A stretch of 61,113 nt of DNA, filler included, from Stramenopiles sp. TOSAG23-3 (Eukaryota): the NCBI GenBank assembly GCA_900128585.1. It is 12 parts of 12 records of this genome, joined end to end, with 100 filler letters (N's around TTAATTAATTAA, not from the genome) between each part and the next. Parts side by side here need not be neighbours in the genome. Positions count along the whole stretch, not along the records: positions 1 to 5,021 come from LT643635.1; positions 5,122 to 10,140 come from LT643636.1; positions 10,241 to 15,258 come from LT643637.1; 9 more parts are not named here. One strand, given 5' to 3'. The translations under genes were made by a program, and so were the position numbers. The notes below the pieces were generated by a model. The model was not told the DNA's origin. It ran no database searches and saw nothing but the letters and a program-made list of their open reading frames with translations. This document shows, piece by piece, positions 1-10,984 of the stretch (position 1 is the stretch's first letter; each line of letters begins with the position of its first letter).

Positions 1-2
1 TT

Positions 3-57
<55 letters not shown>

Positions 58-70
58 CTCTTTCTTTCTC
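1..70. repeat. (TTTC)n microsatellite at contig end
   Basis: Perfect TTTC tandem run from base 1, decaying after about base 56. Confidence 0.95.
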
Positions 71-763
71 TCCTTCCTATTATCCCTTCCTTTCCTATAC
101 TTTATGCCCTTGTGATAATTTAAAGTATAATTTCCTTAGAGCTGAGTGGGAAACTGACATAAATATTTATTAAAAAAAATTTAGAATAAAATTTCAAAAA
201 ATTTATTATCAAATGAATGGGATTTTCAATGCTATTTAGTATATAATGAAATAATACAACTCCTCCTTCCTCCTCTATTCCCTTATATACGAATATATAG
301 CTAATAAGTATAGGCGTCTCAACAACAAATAAGAAGAAGAAGAAGAAAAAAGAATAAAAAAAAATTAATTTATTAAGTTGAATTTGTTAGTTTAGTCCAT
401 ACTATTCTTATGTTGTTATCATATACAAAATAACCTAACTGGAATTATTATAAATTATTATTATTATTATAAAAAAAAAAGAAAAAAGAAGAAGTGTACA
501 GTAGTGGTGAGGAGGAGTGTTTTTCATTTTTTAAATTTACTTTGTGTTGTTGCCTTTGCTTTGTTACCGAAAGTTAACAATCTAACCTCTTCATGGTAAT
601 AGAGTTTTATCATCTATGTCTGTTTCGTTGATAATTTCAAGCCGAAACATCCTACCAGCCAGTCGTTGCCAAAACGCTTGCATTGGGACGATAGTACAAA
701 GTATAAGAATTGACACCGTCAGCCGAACAACTCTCACCCACCCACCACACGGTTAGGACGCCC

Positions 764-3700
764 ATGGACGTAGTAGCGTCAGACCGTGTTATAAAGCCGT
801 CTCCACCGCGCCGCTCGGCAAGGGGGGACAAGGCCATATATACCGTCTTAGAATCGATAAATGGCAGCTCTGCGAGTCAAAAAAGGAGCGGAATAACTTC
901 AATAGCCGAAATATTAAAGCAAAGGAAACTGCCGGACTCCGTTCTTCCGAGCGTCATCGACACGCTCCAGGCCTGCGTCAATGGGAACAACCACAAGATC
1001 TCCTTGCAAGCCCTTCGGTGCTTGAAGCAGCTGATCTCGAGAACGTTCGGCCATGCGGCGATAAAGGGGTTCCTGCCATCCATTGCCGAGACTGTCGGAG
1101 AACGGTGGGGGGACATGAAGGACGAAGTAAGAATGACGGCCCTGGACACGTCGCTGGACATCGCCAGGCTGTCCACGTCGCTGCGGTTCGACTTTTTCCT
1201 GAGAAAGTGCAACGACTCGAAGGCGAAAGTGCGCCAGGCCAGCCTTAGCTTTTTGGGGCAGCTGGCCGAAGATTTTGGGGTATCGGTTGGGGATAAGATC
1301 CAACGCAAATGCGTGGTCGAATGTTGCAAAATGATGGAAGATAGGAACCCGAAAGTGCGCACCGAATCAATAGAAACTCTTGCAGTCTTGTACGGGGTGG
1401 TCGGGGAGAGCATATGGCGCACAACCGTCCTCGGCCGTGCAGAACTTTCGGCCGCCATGGTAGATGTCCTGAAAGACAGGTTCTCCACGGTAACGGTGGC
1501 CCCGCCCCCCTCGCCCGCGGAAGCGAACGAGATGAAAACGGAACGAACGCAGAAGAAAACCAAGAAATTGAAGGTCCGTCCCCGCAAGGGCCTGCGAGCG
1601 AGAAACATGAACCAAACGGCTAGCTCAACGGTATCCCGGACCCCGAAGCAGCCGCCCGTTACCAGTCGGTTTGCAAAGACCCCGTCCTACTCGCAGCCGG
1701 CCACGATTAGGCCCGTGAGCATTGGTTCCGCGAAAAGCCTTGTCGAAGAGATCACGAAGCTGGAGACCATTCTTTGCACGAAAGATACGGATTGGAAGAA
1801 GCGAAACGATGCAATGCACCGGTTGCAAGGAATTTTGGTCGGGGGGATCGTGAAAATCGAGGGCTACGAAACGCAGTTGCGAAGGCTGCTGGAGCCCCTG
1901 CACGTGCAGGTAAAAGAACTAAGGTCGGGTGTGGTGCGGCAAGCCTGCTTGACGCTGACGTCCATGTCGAAAATCATGAAGAGCAAGTTCGAACCGTTTG
2001 CGGAATTGTACACGCCTGATCTTCTGACTTTGACCGCCAACCGTATTGGCGTGATGAGCAAGAGCGCAGACCAATGCCTGCGGTCGATTATAGCCGCCTC
2101 GTTGTACGGAATGCCCAAAGTTCTCCTCAAAATTATTGACGGGACTCGCCCAAAAATCGACAAATTGACGAGGGCTAGAAGTCAGGAGTACCTGCTGCTG
2201 GCCCTTTCGGGGTGGTCCACCAAAGCGCTAGAAAAGCACGTGGACAGTTTGCAGCAGGCGGTAACGTTGGCGTTGGAAGATCGATCGGACGGGGTCAGGC
2301 AGACTGCTCGGTTGACCTTTTGGGCGTTCGAGGTTCACTTCCCCGAGCGCGCGAGTGGAATATTTGACCGTTTGAGTTCGGTAAACCAAGAAAGGCTGTA
2401 CAAGGCAAAGAACATTTACAGAACACAGTATTGCGATTCCTCCAGCAGCCCTTCAACAACCCGCCTAAGAAGTCCTATTAGTACTGAGAAGAAAACACCA
2501 GATGCGGTTGCCAGTGCCGATCAGCTAAGGCCAGAGCGCATGTTCCATACTTCCAAAGTCTCGCCGAGCAAAATTTTCCAGAACCAAGGTGCTGGGACGG
2601 CGCAAAACGGCGCCCAAGAGAACCAGCTCAACTTTCTTAATGTTTTCAAAGAACCCAGCGTGCGGACGCATTCGTTAGGCAAGAAGATCAAGGCCGATCG
2701 AAAAGGGCAAAGCCAATTTCAGCACGGCTCACACAGTGAATTTATCGACGACGGTGCAGGAGCAGAGGCGGTCGTCAAGCCCCAAAAGTCCGTGTTTCAG
2801 AGGCACTCAAATGCCAGCGTCAAGCCGAGAGACACGAACGAGACTTTTGCAAGGAAACGCGGCGGAATTTTTGAAAAGTATGCCAAGTCAGGCAGTAGCC
2901 ACATGAAAAGTAAATATAGTTCACATGTGCGCTACTACGAAGATGACGGAGCAAGCACCGAGAATGACTCCAGTGATGCTGAAGACGCAAGCACGCACGT
3001 TGTTAGCGACAACTACGATGGTGATGCGTCGAAAAAAATGTCTATTTTTGAGCGGTACGCCGCCAGTGGCGCAGAAGTTATGGAAACGACTACGTTCAGG
3101 GACCCTCCCCACGCTTCGACCAGACGCAGCAAAGCGAACAAGTCTTACCGCAGCATGCACATGGTGAGCAAAGGGAAAACCACGAAGAAAACCAACGCTG
3201 CGAAAGCGCCCGTGCCAAAAAAGTTTCGAGTGAAGCAAAAGATAGCGCGTCTCTCCGAGGGAAAGAGGAAGGCAAAAAAGAAGAAAGCACCTGTCAAGGT
3301 TCCAGAGGAGACCCCGGCAGACGGTTTTGCCCACCCTTCTATGTCGAAAGCACTTCAAATATTAGAAAGCTACATCGAGAAGCTAGAAGAAGTCGTTTGG
3401 AGCAAGCGTCTGGAAGCTTTTAAGAACATCGACTCGTTCTTGACGGAGAACGATTGTACATACAAGCGATGCGCCACTCAGTTGGTTGAAAAACTTTGTC
3501 GTGGGGTAGAGAAGCACCTGCCCGATTCCCACCACAGGGTGAGCCAGGCCGCGTTAAAGGTGGTCAACACCATGGTAAATTCCAGCGAATTGGGAAATGT
3601 CATGTTCCAACATCTTGATGTTCTGTTGCCTTGCCTGTTCATAACACTGGCAGAAAAACGGGAAAACTTGAAGCAGGACGCAAATAGGGTGTTGGATTTA

Positions 3701-4882
3701 TTGCGCAAACGCGTGGAGGCTGACCAGCTTGCGCGAGTTTTGTGCAGTGTAGCGGACCATCGTAGCGTGAAGGCGCGCGTTGGTTGCCAAGAGTATCTCC
3801 TGCACATAATCCCTTCGGCTAGCCAAACTTTCAAGTCTTCAACGTTTATGCGCCTTGCCGTGCGCAAAACCTGTGAAAACCTGGAAGAGAAAGACAGCGC
3901 ACTTCGCTCTGTGTCAGGCCTCGTGCTGCATGCCCTGTACAAAGTGAACCGCGCTTCGTTTCTATCTCAGGTCGTTTGCTTGGAGGCGAACAAGCGAGCA
4001 ACAGTTATGAATGCTCTACGCGACTATGTATCGGATCTCAACGAGAGGTTGAAAGGGTTCGTGAGAAAGGGCACGGCTGCCCTGGACCAAGGTAGCAGTG
4101 AAGCAAGTGCCGTGCCAGCAGCTCCCCAGGCGGAGCTCTACAATTTTGCGCCGCCACTGCCGACAACTCAGACGATGCCTACCGCGTCCAATTCGAATTT
4201 GCAAGGCTATGTGACTATCCCAGGGCTGTTGAGCGCATCAAAGTCTGAGAGGGCAGACGACCGCATGAACGCCCTGGCCCATATCGTACAGCTGGCAAAG
4301 CCGTCAAAGTCATCAGGGGAAAACTGGATCCGCATACACTCCCAAGTGCTTAGCATCGTTCTTGGATCCCTCAAAGACCCGGAGACTCACGTGCAGTTGC
4401 GTGCCGTTGAAACCTTGCGTGGCATGCTAAAATTCAAGACCTCCCATATGCTGACAATGTTGGACGTGGTACTCCACAATCTGCTTGAATGCCTGAAAAG
4501 TTCAGCGTCCGAGATGTGCAATGCACTAGGAAATGCCCTGGACATGATGGTCTCCGTGTTTCCAGCCAGTAGGTTTATGAGAGCGCTTCTGCCAATTTTG
4601 CAGACGTCAAAAGGCATTGCGCTGCAGTACGCATTGAATTTAAGCACAAAAACCGTGGCTCGAATGGCCTCAGGGACACTGTTGGATGCTCTGCCAGACA
4701 TCATGCCGCCAATTATTATAGCGATGAACAGTGGAAGGCCTGAACTTAGAAAGGAGTCTGTGTTCTGCTTTGTGGCAGTGTATTTAGCTGTCGGGGAAGA
4801 TGTGTTGCCATACTTTGAGCAGCTGACCCAAGCGCAACGAAAGTTGACAACAATTTACATAAATAGAGCGTCTCAAAAATGA
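764..4882 (+). CDS. CLASP: CLIP-associated protein (CLASP/Orbit/Stu1 family), multiple TOG/HEAT domains
   Basis: Intronless ORF, first ATG at 764. TOG2 motifs DWKKRNDAMHRLQG and ELRSGVVRQAC, basic Ser-rich linkers, further HEAT blocks, C-terminal RKESVFCFVAVY...QRKLTTIYI typical of the CLASP C-terminus. Confidence 0.85.
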   Translation: MDVVASDRVIKPSPPRRSARGDKAIYTVLESINGSSASQKRSGITSIAEILKQRKLPDSVLPSVIDTLQACVNGNNHKISLQALRCLKQLISRTFGHAAIKGFLPSIAETVGERWGDMKDEVRMTALDTSLDIARLSTSLRFDFFLRKCNDSKAKVRQASLSFLGQLAEDFGVSVGDKIQRKCVVECCKMMEDRNPKVRTESIETLAVLYGVVGESIWRTTVLGRAELSAAMVDVLKDRFSTVTVAPPPSPAEANEMKTERTQKKTKKLKVRPRKGLRARNMNQTASSTVSRTPKQPPVTSRFAKTPSYSQPATIRPVSIGSAKSLVEEITKLETILCTKDTDWKKRNDAMHRLQGILVGGIVKIEGYETQLRRLLEPLHVQVKELRSGVVRQACLTLTSMSKIMKSKFEPFAELYTPDLLTLTANRIGVMSKSADQCLRSIIAASLYGMPKVLLKIIDGTRPKIDKLTRARSQEYLLLALSGWSTKALEKHVDSLQQAVTLALEDRSDGVRQTARLTFWAFEVHFPERASGIFDRLSSVNQERLYKAKNIYRTQYCDSSSSPSTTRLRSPISTEKKTPDAVASADQLRPERMFHTSKVSPSKIFQNQGAGTAQNGAQENQLNFLNVFKEPSVRTHSLGKKIKADRKGQSQFQHGSHSEFIDDGAGAEAVVKPQKSVFQRHSNASVKPRDTNETFARKRGGIFEKYAKSGSSHMKSKYSSHVRYYEDDGASTENDSSDAEDASTHVVSDNYDGDASKKMSIFERYAASGAEVMETTTFRDPPHASTRRSKANKSYRSMHMVSKGKTTKKTNAAKAPVPKKFRVKQKIARLSEGKRKAKKKKAPVKVPEETPADGFAHPSMSKALQILESYIEKLEEVVWSKRLEAFKNIDSFLTENDCTYKRCATQLVEKLCRGVEKHLPDSHHRVSQAALKVVNTMVNSSELGNVMFQHLDVLLPCLFITLAEKRENLKQDANRVLDLLRKRVEADQLARVLCSVADHRSVKARVGCQEYLLHIIPSASQTFKSSTFMRLAVRKTCENLEEKDSALRSVSGLVLHALYKVNRASFLSQVVCLEANKRATVMNALRDYVSDLNERLKGFVRKGTAALDQGSSEASAVPAAPQAELYNFAPPLPTTQTMPTASNSNLQGYVTIPGLLSASKSERADDRMNALAHIVQLAKPSKSSGENWIRIHSQVLSIVLGSLKDPETHVQLRAVETLRGMLKFKTSHMLTMLDVVLHNLLECLKSSASEMCNALGNALDMMVSVFPASRFMRALLPILQTSKGIALQYALNLSTKTVARMASGTLLDALPDIMPPIIIAMNSGRPELRKESVFCFVAVYLAVGEDVLPYFEQLTQAQRKLTTIYINRASQK

Positions 4883-5021
4883 GAGTATTCTTAAGGGTAT
4901 TCTCATTATTTATACTTAATCGGGGAATACTTAATGTTTTATAAAAAAAAAAAAAATCAAAATATATAGTATGCTTTAAGACTCTCATTTTAAATCAAAT
5001 ACTAACTTCAAATCCAACCCT

Positions 5022-5121
5022 NNNNNNNNNNNNNNNNNNNNNNNNNNNNNNNNNNNNNNNNNNNNTTAATTAATTAANNNNNNNNNNNNNNNNNNNNNNN
5101 NNNNNNNNNNNNNNNNNNNNN
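5022..5121. other. Artificial contig linker N44-TTAATTAATTAA-N44 (also at 10141, 15259, 20371, 25477, 30573, 35668, 40763, 45854, 50943, 56030)
   Basis: Identical 100-bp spacer with stops in all six frames, seen 11 times; the contigs between them are in descending length order. Confidence 0.98.
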
Positions 5122-5720
5122 GTACTACATCTTACGGTGGAGTAATTCAATGTGAAATTTATATTGAATTCATACTTGAATTAGAAGTATGTATATAATA
5201 ATAGACGACAATATTACGTATTATTATTATTATTTAAAAAAATATGAAATATTAATAAAAAAAATAATACCAATTAATTCATTATAAAATACTATTCTAC
5301 TGTATAGCCTTATATACGAGGAGTACGAATATTATATTCCAATAATAAAACAACGAATAATTTCATTAAATATTTAATTGTGAAGAGGAGCAGAAGAGCA
5401 GGTGCAGGAGTTGTTGTTGAGTCAATAAAAAAGATGATGATGAAAAAAAAATAAGAAGAAAAAAGAGAAGAGAGAAAAATAATGGAGGAGTTAATAGTTC
5501 TTTCTAATAATCCCGGATTATAATACCAACAACAAGAGGGTAGTAGTACTAATATAAAATAATAATTTTTTAAAGAAGAAGAGGGAGAGTCTTGTTTTGT
5601 TGTTCAACTCCGTTATTGTCATTATACATACAGCTTTAAGAAATCCATATTCCGCACTGAACGTAAACAATCAAGAGCGGCAAAGAATAAAAGTAAAGAT
5701 TCTTGAATCATATATTAACA

Positions 5721-6773
5721 ATGTCAAACAGTCAGAACTCAGTAGTAATTCTATTCCTTTTGGGGGCCTTGTGCTTTCAGCACGCTGCTGCAAAACCCGT
5801 AGCGGGTTGCTTGGACGAAACGGGGGCACCCGTAGATTGGTGGGCGGCTCTGAAGTATCCGCATAGCACCACTTATTCTTACGCAGATGCGAACAACAAG
5901 GTGTTTTCAAAATCATCCTATGACATGGCGTCGGACTCTGATGGTGCTTTGTCTCAAACGATCAATCAGATCTACAAGGGAAGCAAGACGGACATGGCCT
6001 ATGCAATGTACAACGACGAAAGTCCGAACGGAGACAAGTGGGGCACTGCTTGGGGCCACTTTAAGGGCGTCCTAGGAGTAGAATCAGACGGCGGCTTCTG
6101 GCTGGTTCATTCCGTTCCTCGTCTCCCCGAAACTGTTGCAAATGGGTGGAAGGGATACCCCGACATGGCCACAAAGTACGGACAGAGCATGCTTTGCACG
6201 ACGTTGTCCCCCGAAGAAATGGACAAGGTGGGGACGCAGATGCAAATGGCACGGGGGCACATATACGACTCCAACGCGCCATCGTTTGTAAAATCTTCTA
6301 TGCCTAATTTGCAGGCAGCCATCGATGGGGAGTATGTGCATACAGCCGATAGCAGCGTGCTTCAGATTACAACCAGGGGCGGAGAAAGCTTTACATCCCT
6401 TGTAAAAAGCCACAAATGGGGAAAAGAATTGTACGAGGATTTGGTAGCGCCGCAGTTTCAAGCCGGTGTCTACGCTGAAACTTGGCAAAATGGGGTTGGC
6501 GCTACACCATCGTTCTGCAACAATTCGCACACATTCAACGCCATAAACATAAATCATCTCTCCACACCCGAAGGAGAGTCATGGAAAAACAGCCAGGATC
6601 ACTCGAAATGGTGCGTTACAATGGATCGAGGTGTAAAAGTGGCATGCATTGGAGACATCAACAGGCAGCATGGTCAGCTGTCTCGCGGAGGTGGCACTTT
6701 ATGCTTCAATGACAACGAAGCGATTTGGGAAAGTATGATCGGGCTAGTAACCGATTTGAAAAAGTGCGGCTAA
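5721..6773 (+). CDS. DNASE2: Deoxyribonuclease II (lysosomal acid DNase, PLD fold)
   Basis: Signal peptide, CLDETGAPVDWW, GHFKG, FWLVHSVPR, YGQSMLC, DHSKW, CIGDINR...RGGGTLC. Confidence 0.92.
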   Translation: MSNSQNSVVILFLLGALCFQHAAAKPVAGCLDETGAPVDWWAALKYPHSTTYSYADANNKVFSKSSYDMASDSDGALSQTINQIYKGSKTDMAYAMYNDESPNGDKWGTAWGHFKGVLGVESDGGFWLVHSVPRLPETVANGWKGYPDMATKYGQSMLCTTLSPEEMDKVGTQMQMARGHIYDSNAPSFVKSSMPNLQAAIDGEYVHTADSSVLQITTRGGESFTSLVKSHKWGKELYEDLVAPQFQAGVYAETWQNGVGATPSFCNNSHTFNAININHLSTPEGESWKNSQDHSKWCVTMDRGVKVACIGDINRQHGQLSRGGGTLCFNDNEAIWESMIGLVTDLKKCG

Positions 6774-7072
6774 ACGAATGGGCGAGATACATGTGCCTGA
6801 GATTAACTTCGAAATGGTTTTAAAAATGAAAAATTGTAAGAATGACGAAATTCGTATCTTGGTACGTATAGTAACGAATGAGTAAAATGTGTTAAAATTA
6901 ACTCTCTCACACCACTAAAGTTTACGGAATACTGAACACTCTCTCCATTTCATAAGTTGTAAACGGCGTTGTAAATCTAAATGTTCAAATGTGGTGAGAT
7001 TCAAGAACTTCTTAGCTCCGTGCGTGCGTTAGAACCAAATCGTCGCGATGCGGTTAATGGGAAAAATTGGGT

Positions 7073-8860
7073 TCACTTCTTGCTACGCTTATGTATAAAA
7101 TTTTGATTCAGCTTTCGACCACCATCCACTTTTGCACCTCGCTGCTTGCGGCCGTTTCCGTACATATTCGCGGCCGCGCGTCGCTTCGTGATTCCATTTT
7201 CCCACACTACAGTCTCCAGCTGGGCCGTCGCAAGCGCTAAAAGTCGTTTCTTAATAGCCTTTTCTATGTCTTCTTCAGACGGTGGCCCCCTCAGGTGGTG
7301 TTTCTTGTTTCTATCGTTTTGGTTCCTGCGTTTCCTTTGTTCCTTGATTTTTGAGTTTATGTTCTCTTTGACTATACTAACAACATTGCTTTTCTTTGAC
7401 AGCCTTAGCTTCTTGCACAGCTCGCGCTCGTTCTTATGCTCTTTCTTTTCCTTCTTTAATGCCTGCCGTAAGTCCCTCCCGTTCGCAAGTTTTTCAGATG
7501 TTTTCTTCTTCGAACCCGTTTTCTTTTTTCGACAACTCCGCTTCGACGCACGGCCTCTTACCGACACTCCCAAGCTTGTTCCTTTGGTAGTTTTCTTCCT
7601 ACCTGCCACTTTTTGGGCAGGTGCGTCACCATCATTGCCCGCGTTTGTCTCTACATTATTATCCACGGTGCTGTCGGAAGAAGATGTATTCGTCCTGGAA
7701 AAAATATCGCAGTTGTTCGTAATCGTGACCGATGAGGATAGGGGTATGTACTTTTGGGTTGGGCTGTCCAGCGGAGGCAAAGGTTTCGCCGGAGAAAGGT
7801 CTATGTTGGCCAAAAAGCGTTTCTTCGCCAATTTACTATTCTTTCGTGGCTTTGGGGGGTTGGCCGAGGCATTTCCGATCAACAGATTGCACGCAAGCCG
7901 GGATTGCTGCTCTGCAATTCGAGCTTTAGCGTTCCCGACGAAGCGACAACGGTCGCAGTAAAGGCTTTGCTGAAATACCTCGGCAGTTAAGTGGGTTTCC
8001 ATTCTCATGGAAAGCACAATTTGGCATATTTCGCAACGGTGAGGTTTCTGCTTCAAAAGCGGCGAATTGCGTTTTTCAAAAGCTGCGCTGGTCGGGGGCA
8101 GGTCCCTTCTGGATTGGTAACTACGAGTGGTCAGGAGCCGTTCCCAATTCTCCAGCTGTAATTTTTCGCTATGGTGAGCTTCCCGAGCATCGTCTTTTAA
8201 GTTTATTAATCGAGACCTGACAATCGTCTCGCTATCGTCTTCCATGGGAAACGGCGGGGAATGCTCAGAAGAATATGGCTTCGACCCACCTTGAAACTTT
8301 ACATTCGGGTTGTTTCTGTATTCTTCGGTGTCCCTGTACAGGTTACCATTCGCTTTGTCATACGCCCGCAAGGAGAACGACGAGGAACTCGCAGTTGCCG
8401 ATAGCATCTTCTCTAAGACCGTGTACTTTGTTTGCGGCAGAACACTAAAGCTACGATGCATGGCCAGCGCGCTAAATTGCCCCTTACAAGACTCGTCCGA
8501 GGAGTCGTCGGAGGACGACACGTCATATGGCATTATTGGCGCCAGCTTGTATTTAAACTCATTCGCGGCAGGCTGTTGCACAGGCCTGAAGCCTTTCTTC
8601 CTAGTAAAGAAACGCTGGGTCCTAAAATTCTGGCTAAAACTGTGGTTCAAAGAGCCCGATTGCTTTAGTGTCTTCGGCTTCAAAAGGGAGATATTCACCG
8701 CAGATTTCTTTGCGATATTCTGCTTCGAAATGTTGTCCCACATTGCCTTCTGGGCCCTTTCCACCGTCTCTTGCACGTTCACGCTGGCGACTTCCCGCCA
8801 CGCCACGACGTCAACTAGGGCCCGAAGCACAGCAGAAATCTGCCGTTCATCGCTGGCCAT
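7073..8860 (-). CDS. Hypothetical protein, basic and low-complexity, with one CxxC...CxxC pair
   Basis: 595-aa ORF with ATG and coding-like GC; HRCEIC...YCDRC; Lys-rich C-terminal half. Confidence 0.6.
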   Translation of the reverse strand: MASDERQISAVLRALVDVVAWREVASVNVQETVERAQKAMWDNISKQNIAKKSAVNISLLKPKTLKQSGSLNHSFSQNFRTQRFFTRKKGFRPVQQPAANEFKYKLAPIMPYDVSSSDDSSDESCKGQFSALAMHRSFSVLPQTKYTVLEKMLSATASSSSFSLRAYDKANGNLYRDTEEYRNNPNVKFQGGSKPYSSEHSPPFPMEDDSETIVRSRLINLKDDAREAHHSEKLQLENWERLLTTRSYQSRRDLPPTSAAFEKRNSPLLKQKPHRCEICQIVLSMRMETHLTAEVFQQSLYCDRCRFVGNAKARIAEQQSRLACNLLIGNASANPPKPRKNSKLAKKRFLANIDLSPAKPLPPLDSPTQKYIPLSSSVTITNNCDIFSRTNTSSSDSTVDNNVETNAGNDGDAPAQKVAGRKKTTKGTSLGVSVRGRASKRSCRKKKTGSKKKTSEKLANGRDLRQALKKEKKEHKNERELCKKLRLSKKSNVVSIVKENINSKIKEQRKRRNQNDRNKKHHLRGPPSEEDIEKAIKKRLLALATAQLETVVWENGITKRRAAANMYGNGRKQRGAKVDGGRKLNQNFIHKRSKK

Positions 8861-9797
8861 TTTTTTGAGTCTGGCAACACCACACTACCGTTGAGCCTCA
8901 ACCGTCCCCAGGCGTTTTCACTCGGTCTGTCGATTTTCACCAGAGAAAACTTAAGTCACAGACTAAAAGAAGATTTTCTGTACAACTCGACAATTACATG
9001 CCTGATGTTCGTACCGTAATACTAGTGACATACTGGTAGTAGTAATATTATTTTTTTATTATTATGCATGCATCATCCACCACAAACCGCAACAAAAGGG
9101 ACAAGTATTTACTGTATAATAGCTGTAATAGCATCTACCTGGTACGTAATAATAAGAAACTCAGGCGAGTATTTTAATCTAAAATGTCAATTCGATATTT
9201 TTATATATTGATTACACACCAACTCTATACCCTGGGTACCTTGAGGTTGTCAATTATTTAAGTAATAATAAAAATGGAGAAGTTTGATTTTTAGATCCTC
9301 GTAGACTAACTAGTACATATTCCTATATACAATTTTAATTTAATACAAATATTACCTATATATCCTATAATTGTATTTTAGAAGGCAAGTTCACCATTAT
9401 TTTTGTCCGTTGATAGCTTAAGGTTAGATCATTTAATCAATCAAAACTTTTTTTAATTAAAAATCAATGAAAATTGAAACAATTCTTCTGACGATAAAAC
9501 AAAATATTATTTCCTTATAGAAACAACAAATCCTTAATTAATTATGCAAATGAAATATAGTTTATAAGTGATTCATTTCCGTTGTTATTATTGTCGTCGT
9601 ATGTATAGCTAACTACCGGAAGAAAATATGTTTTGTTGAACGCAAATTTTTTCTCATCTGTCTGTGTTGGAGAAAAACGCGGATGAACCAAAGAGGAAGC
9701 GGTAAGAGAGAAAGAAAGGTTCACGGTATTTTCCTCCCAGGAAACATATAATACAACAGAGGCAACACAAGTATTATTGTAAAAAAAGAAGGGCACC

Positions 9798-10140
9798 ATG
9801 AGAAGAAGACACTCCAGTGCGGTCACCTCTTCCGCACAGTTTTCTCATAAATTTGCAAACTCCAGCTCCGCTCGTGTAGACGAATTTTTGCAGCGCGTGG
9901 GGAGGCACATACACGGATCAACCAATCTCGCTGCCAATCGAAGGCGCAGCTATAATGGCAGTGTTCCCCGGAAGGCAGCCGGCCCACAGTCCGCTACCGC
10001 TGATAAGACTAAAGTTGTGGTGGGGAGAAGCAAACAAACAAATGCACCCATTGGAAGCAAAGCGTCAAATATGTATCTAAAAGCAATTGCCGGGGCAAGA
10101 AGTTCTATAATACAGGCATACGAAGCCCCGGAAGAAGAGG
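9798..10140 (+). CDS. Hypothetical protein, 5' fragment cut by contig end
   Basis: ATG after AT-rich intergenic DNA, GC shift, open to the linker. Confidence 0.45.
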
Positions 10141-10984
10141 NNNNNNNNNNNNNNNNNNNNNNNNNNNNNNNNNNNNNNNNNNNNTTAATTAATTAANNNN
10201 NNNNNNNNNNNNNNNNNNNNNNNNNNNNNNNNNNNNNNNNTTCTTTCTTTCTTTCTTACAAATTCATCCCTTTCTTCTTCTTAAACACTTCTTCGTATTA
10301 TTGACTTGAAGCACCACAGTTTACAAGGGCCCGAGACTTGAAAAAGCCCGAAATAAGAACCTGCTACAGTGGTCCCGAGACTTTTTTAGGCCTAGAGGCA
10401 CCTCGATTTTCTTCGAAATTATACAGGTAAATAGCACGGGCTAATGGAGGGGCTACGAGGGACCTTAAATATACAACACTATGACTAAATCGTACTTGTA
10501 TCTGTCCTATCTGATTGCCCTTCTGAGCGCCTTGCAGAAAAAACGCTGCACAGGGAGGCAACATCGCTCCTCACTTTTTCCATTGACAAGAAAATCCACT
10601 TGACTATGTAAAGAGACATAAAGGCGAGGCACGGCAACAGCACATTTTTTTTGGCAGATAAAAATGGGGGGGACATAAAACCCTAACTTTGTAACAAATG
10701 CAACAAGCTATTGCCTGCTGCACTGTCATCACGGGAAAAACAATACACTAGCGGTACGGCGGATATTCTATATATTACTGGTATTACTGGCATTATAGTA
10801 ATACTATTCTCTTAGATAATAATAATAAAAAATAGAGTAATTCTCCTCTTGGTAACAATAAATACCAAGTGTAAGTTAGAATACCCAACCCTTGTTTCCA
10901 GAACTGCACTTGAAGCGTTTCAAGAAACTTCCCCGTATAACAGTCAACTTTTCAGACGGATGCGTAAAAGATAAACATCAAAAG

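Noticed and set aside
5022-5121. Recurring TTAATTAATTAA palindrome at ~5.1-kb period
   Set aside because: Synthetic six-frame-stop linker inside Ns; the periodicity comes from size-sorted contigs.
10325-10400. Short repeat gg(g/t)cccgagactt upstream of the RCC1 gene, possible MITE end
   Set aside because: Two ~12-bp copies only; no matching inverted end or target-site duplication found.
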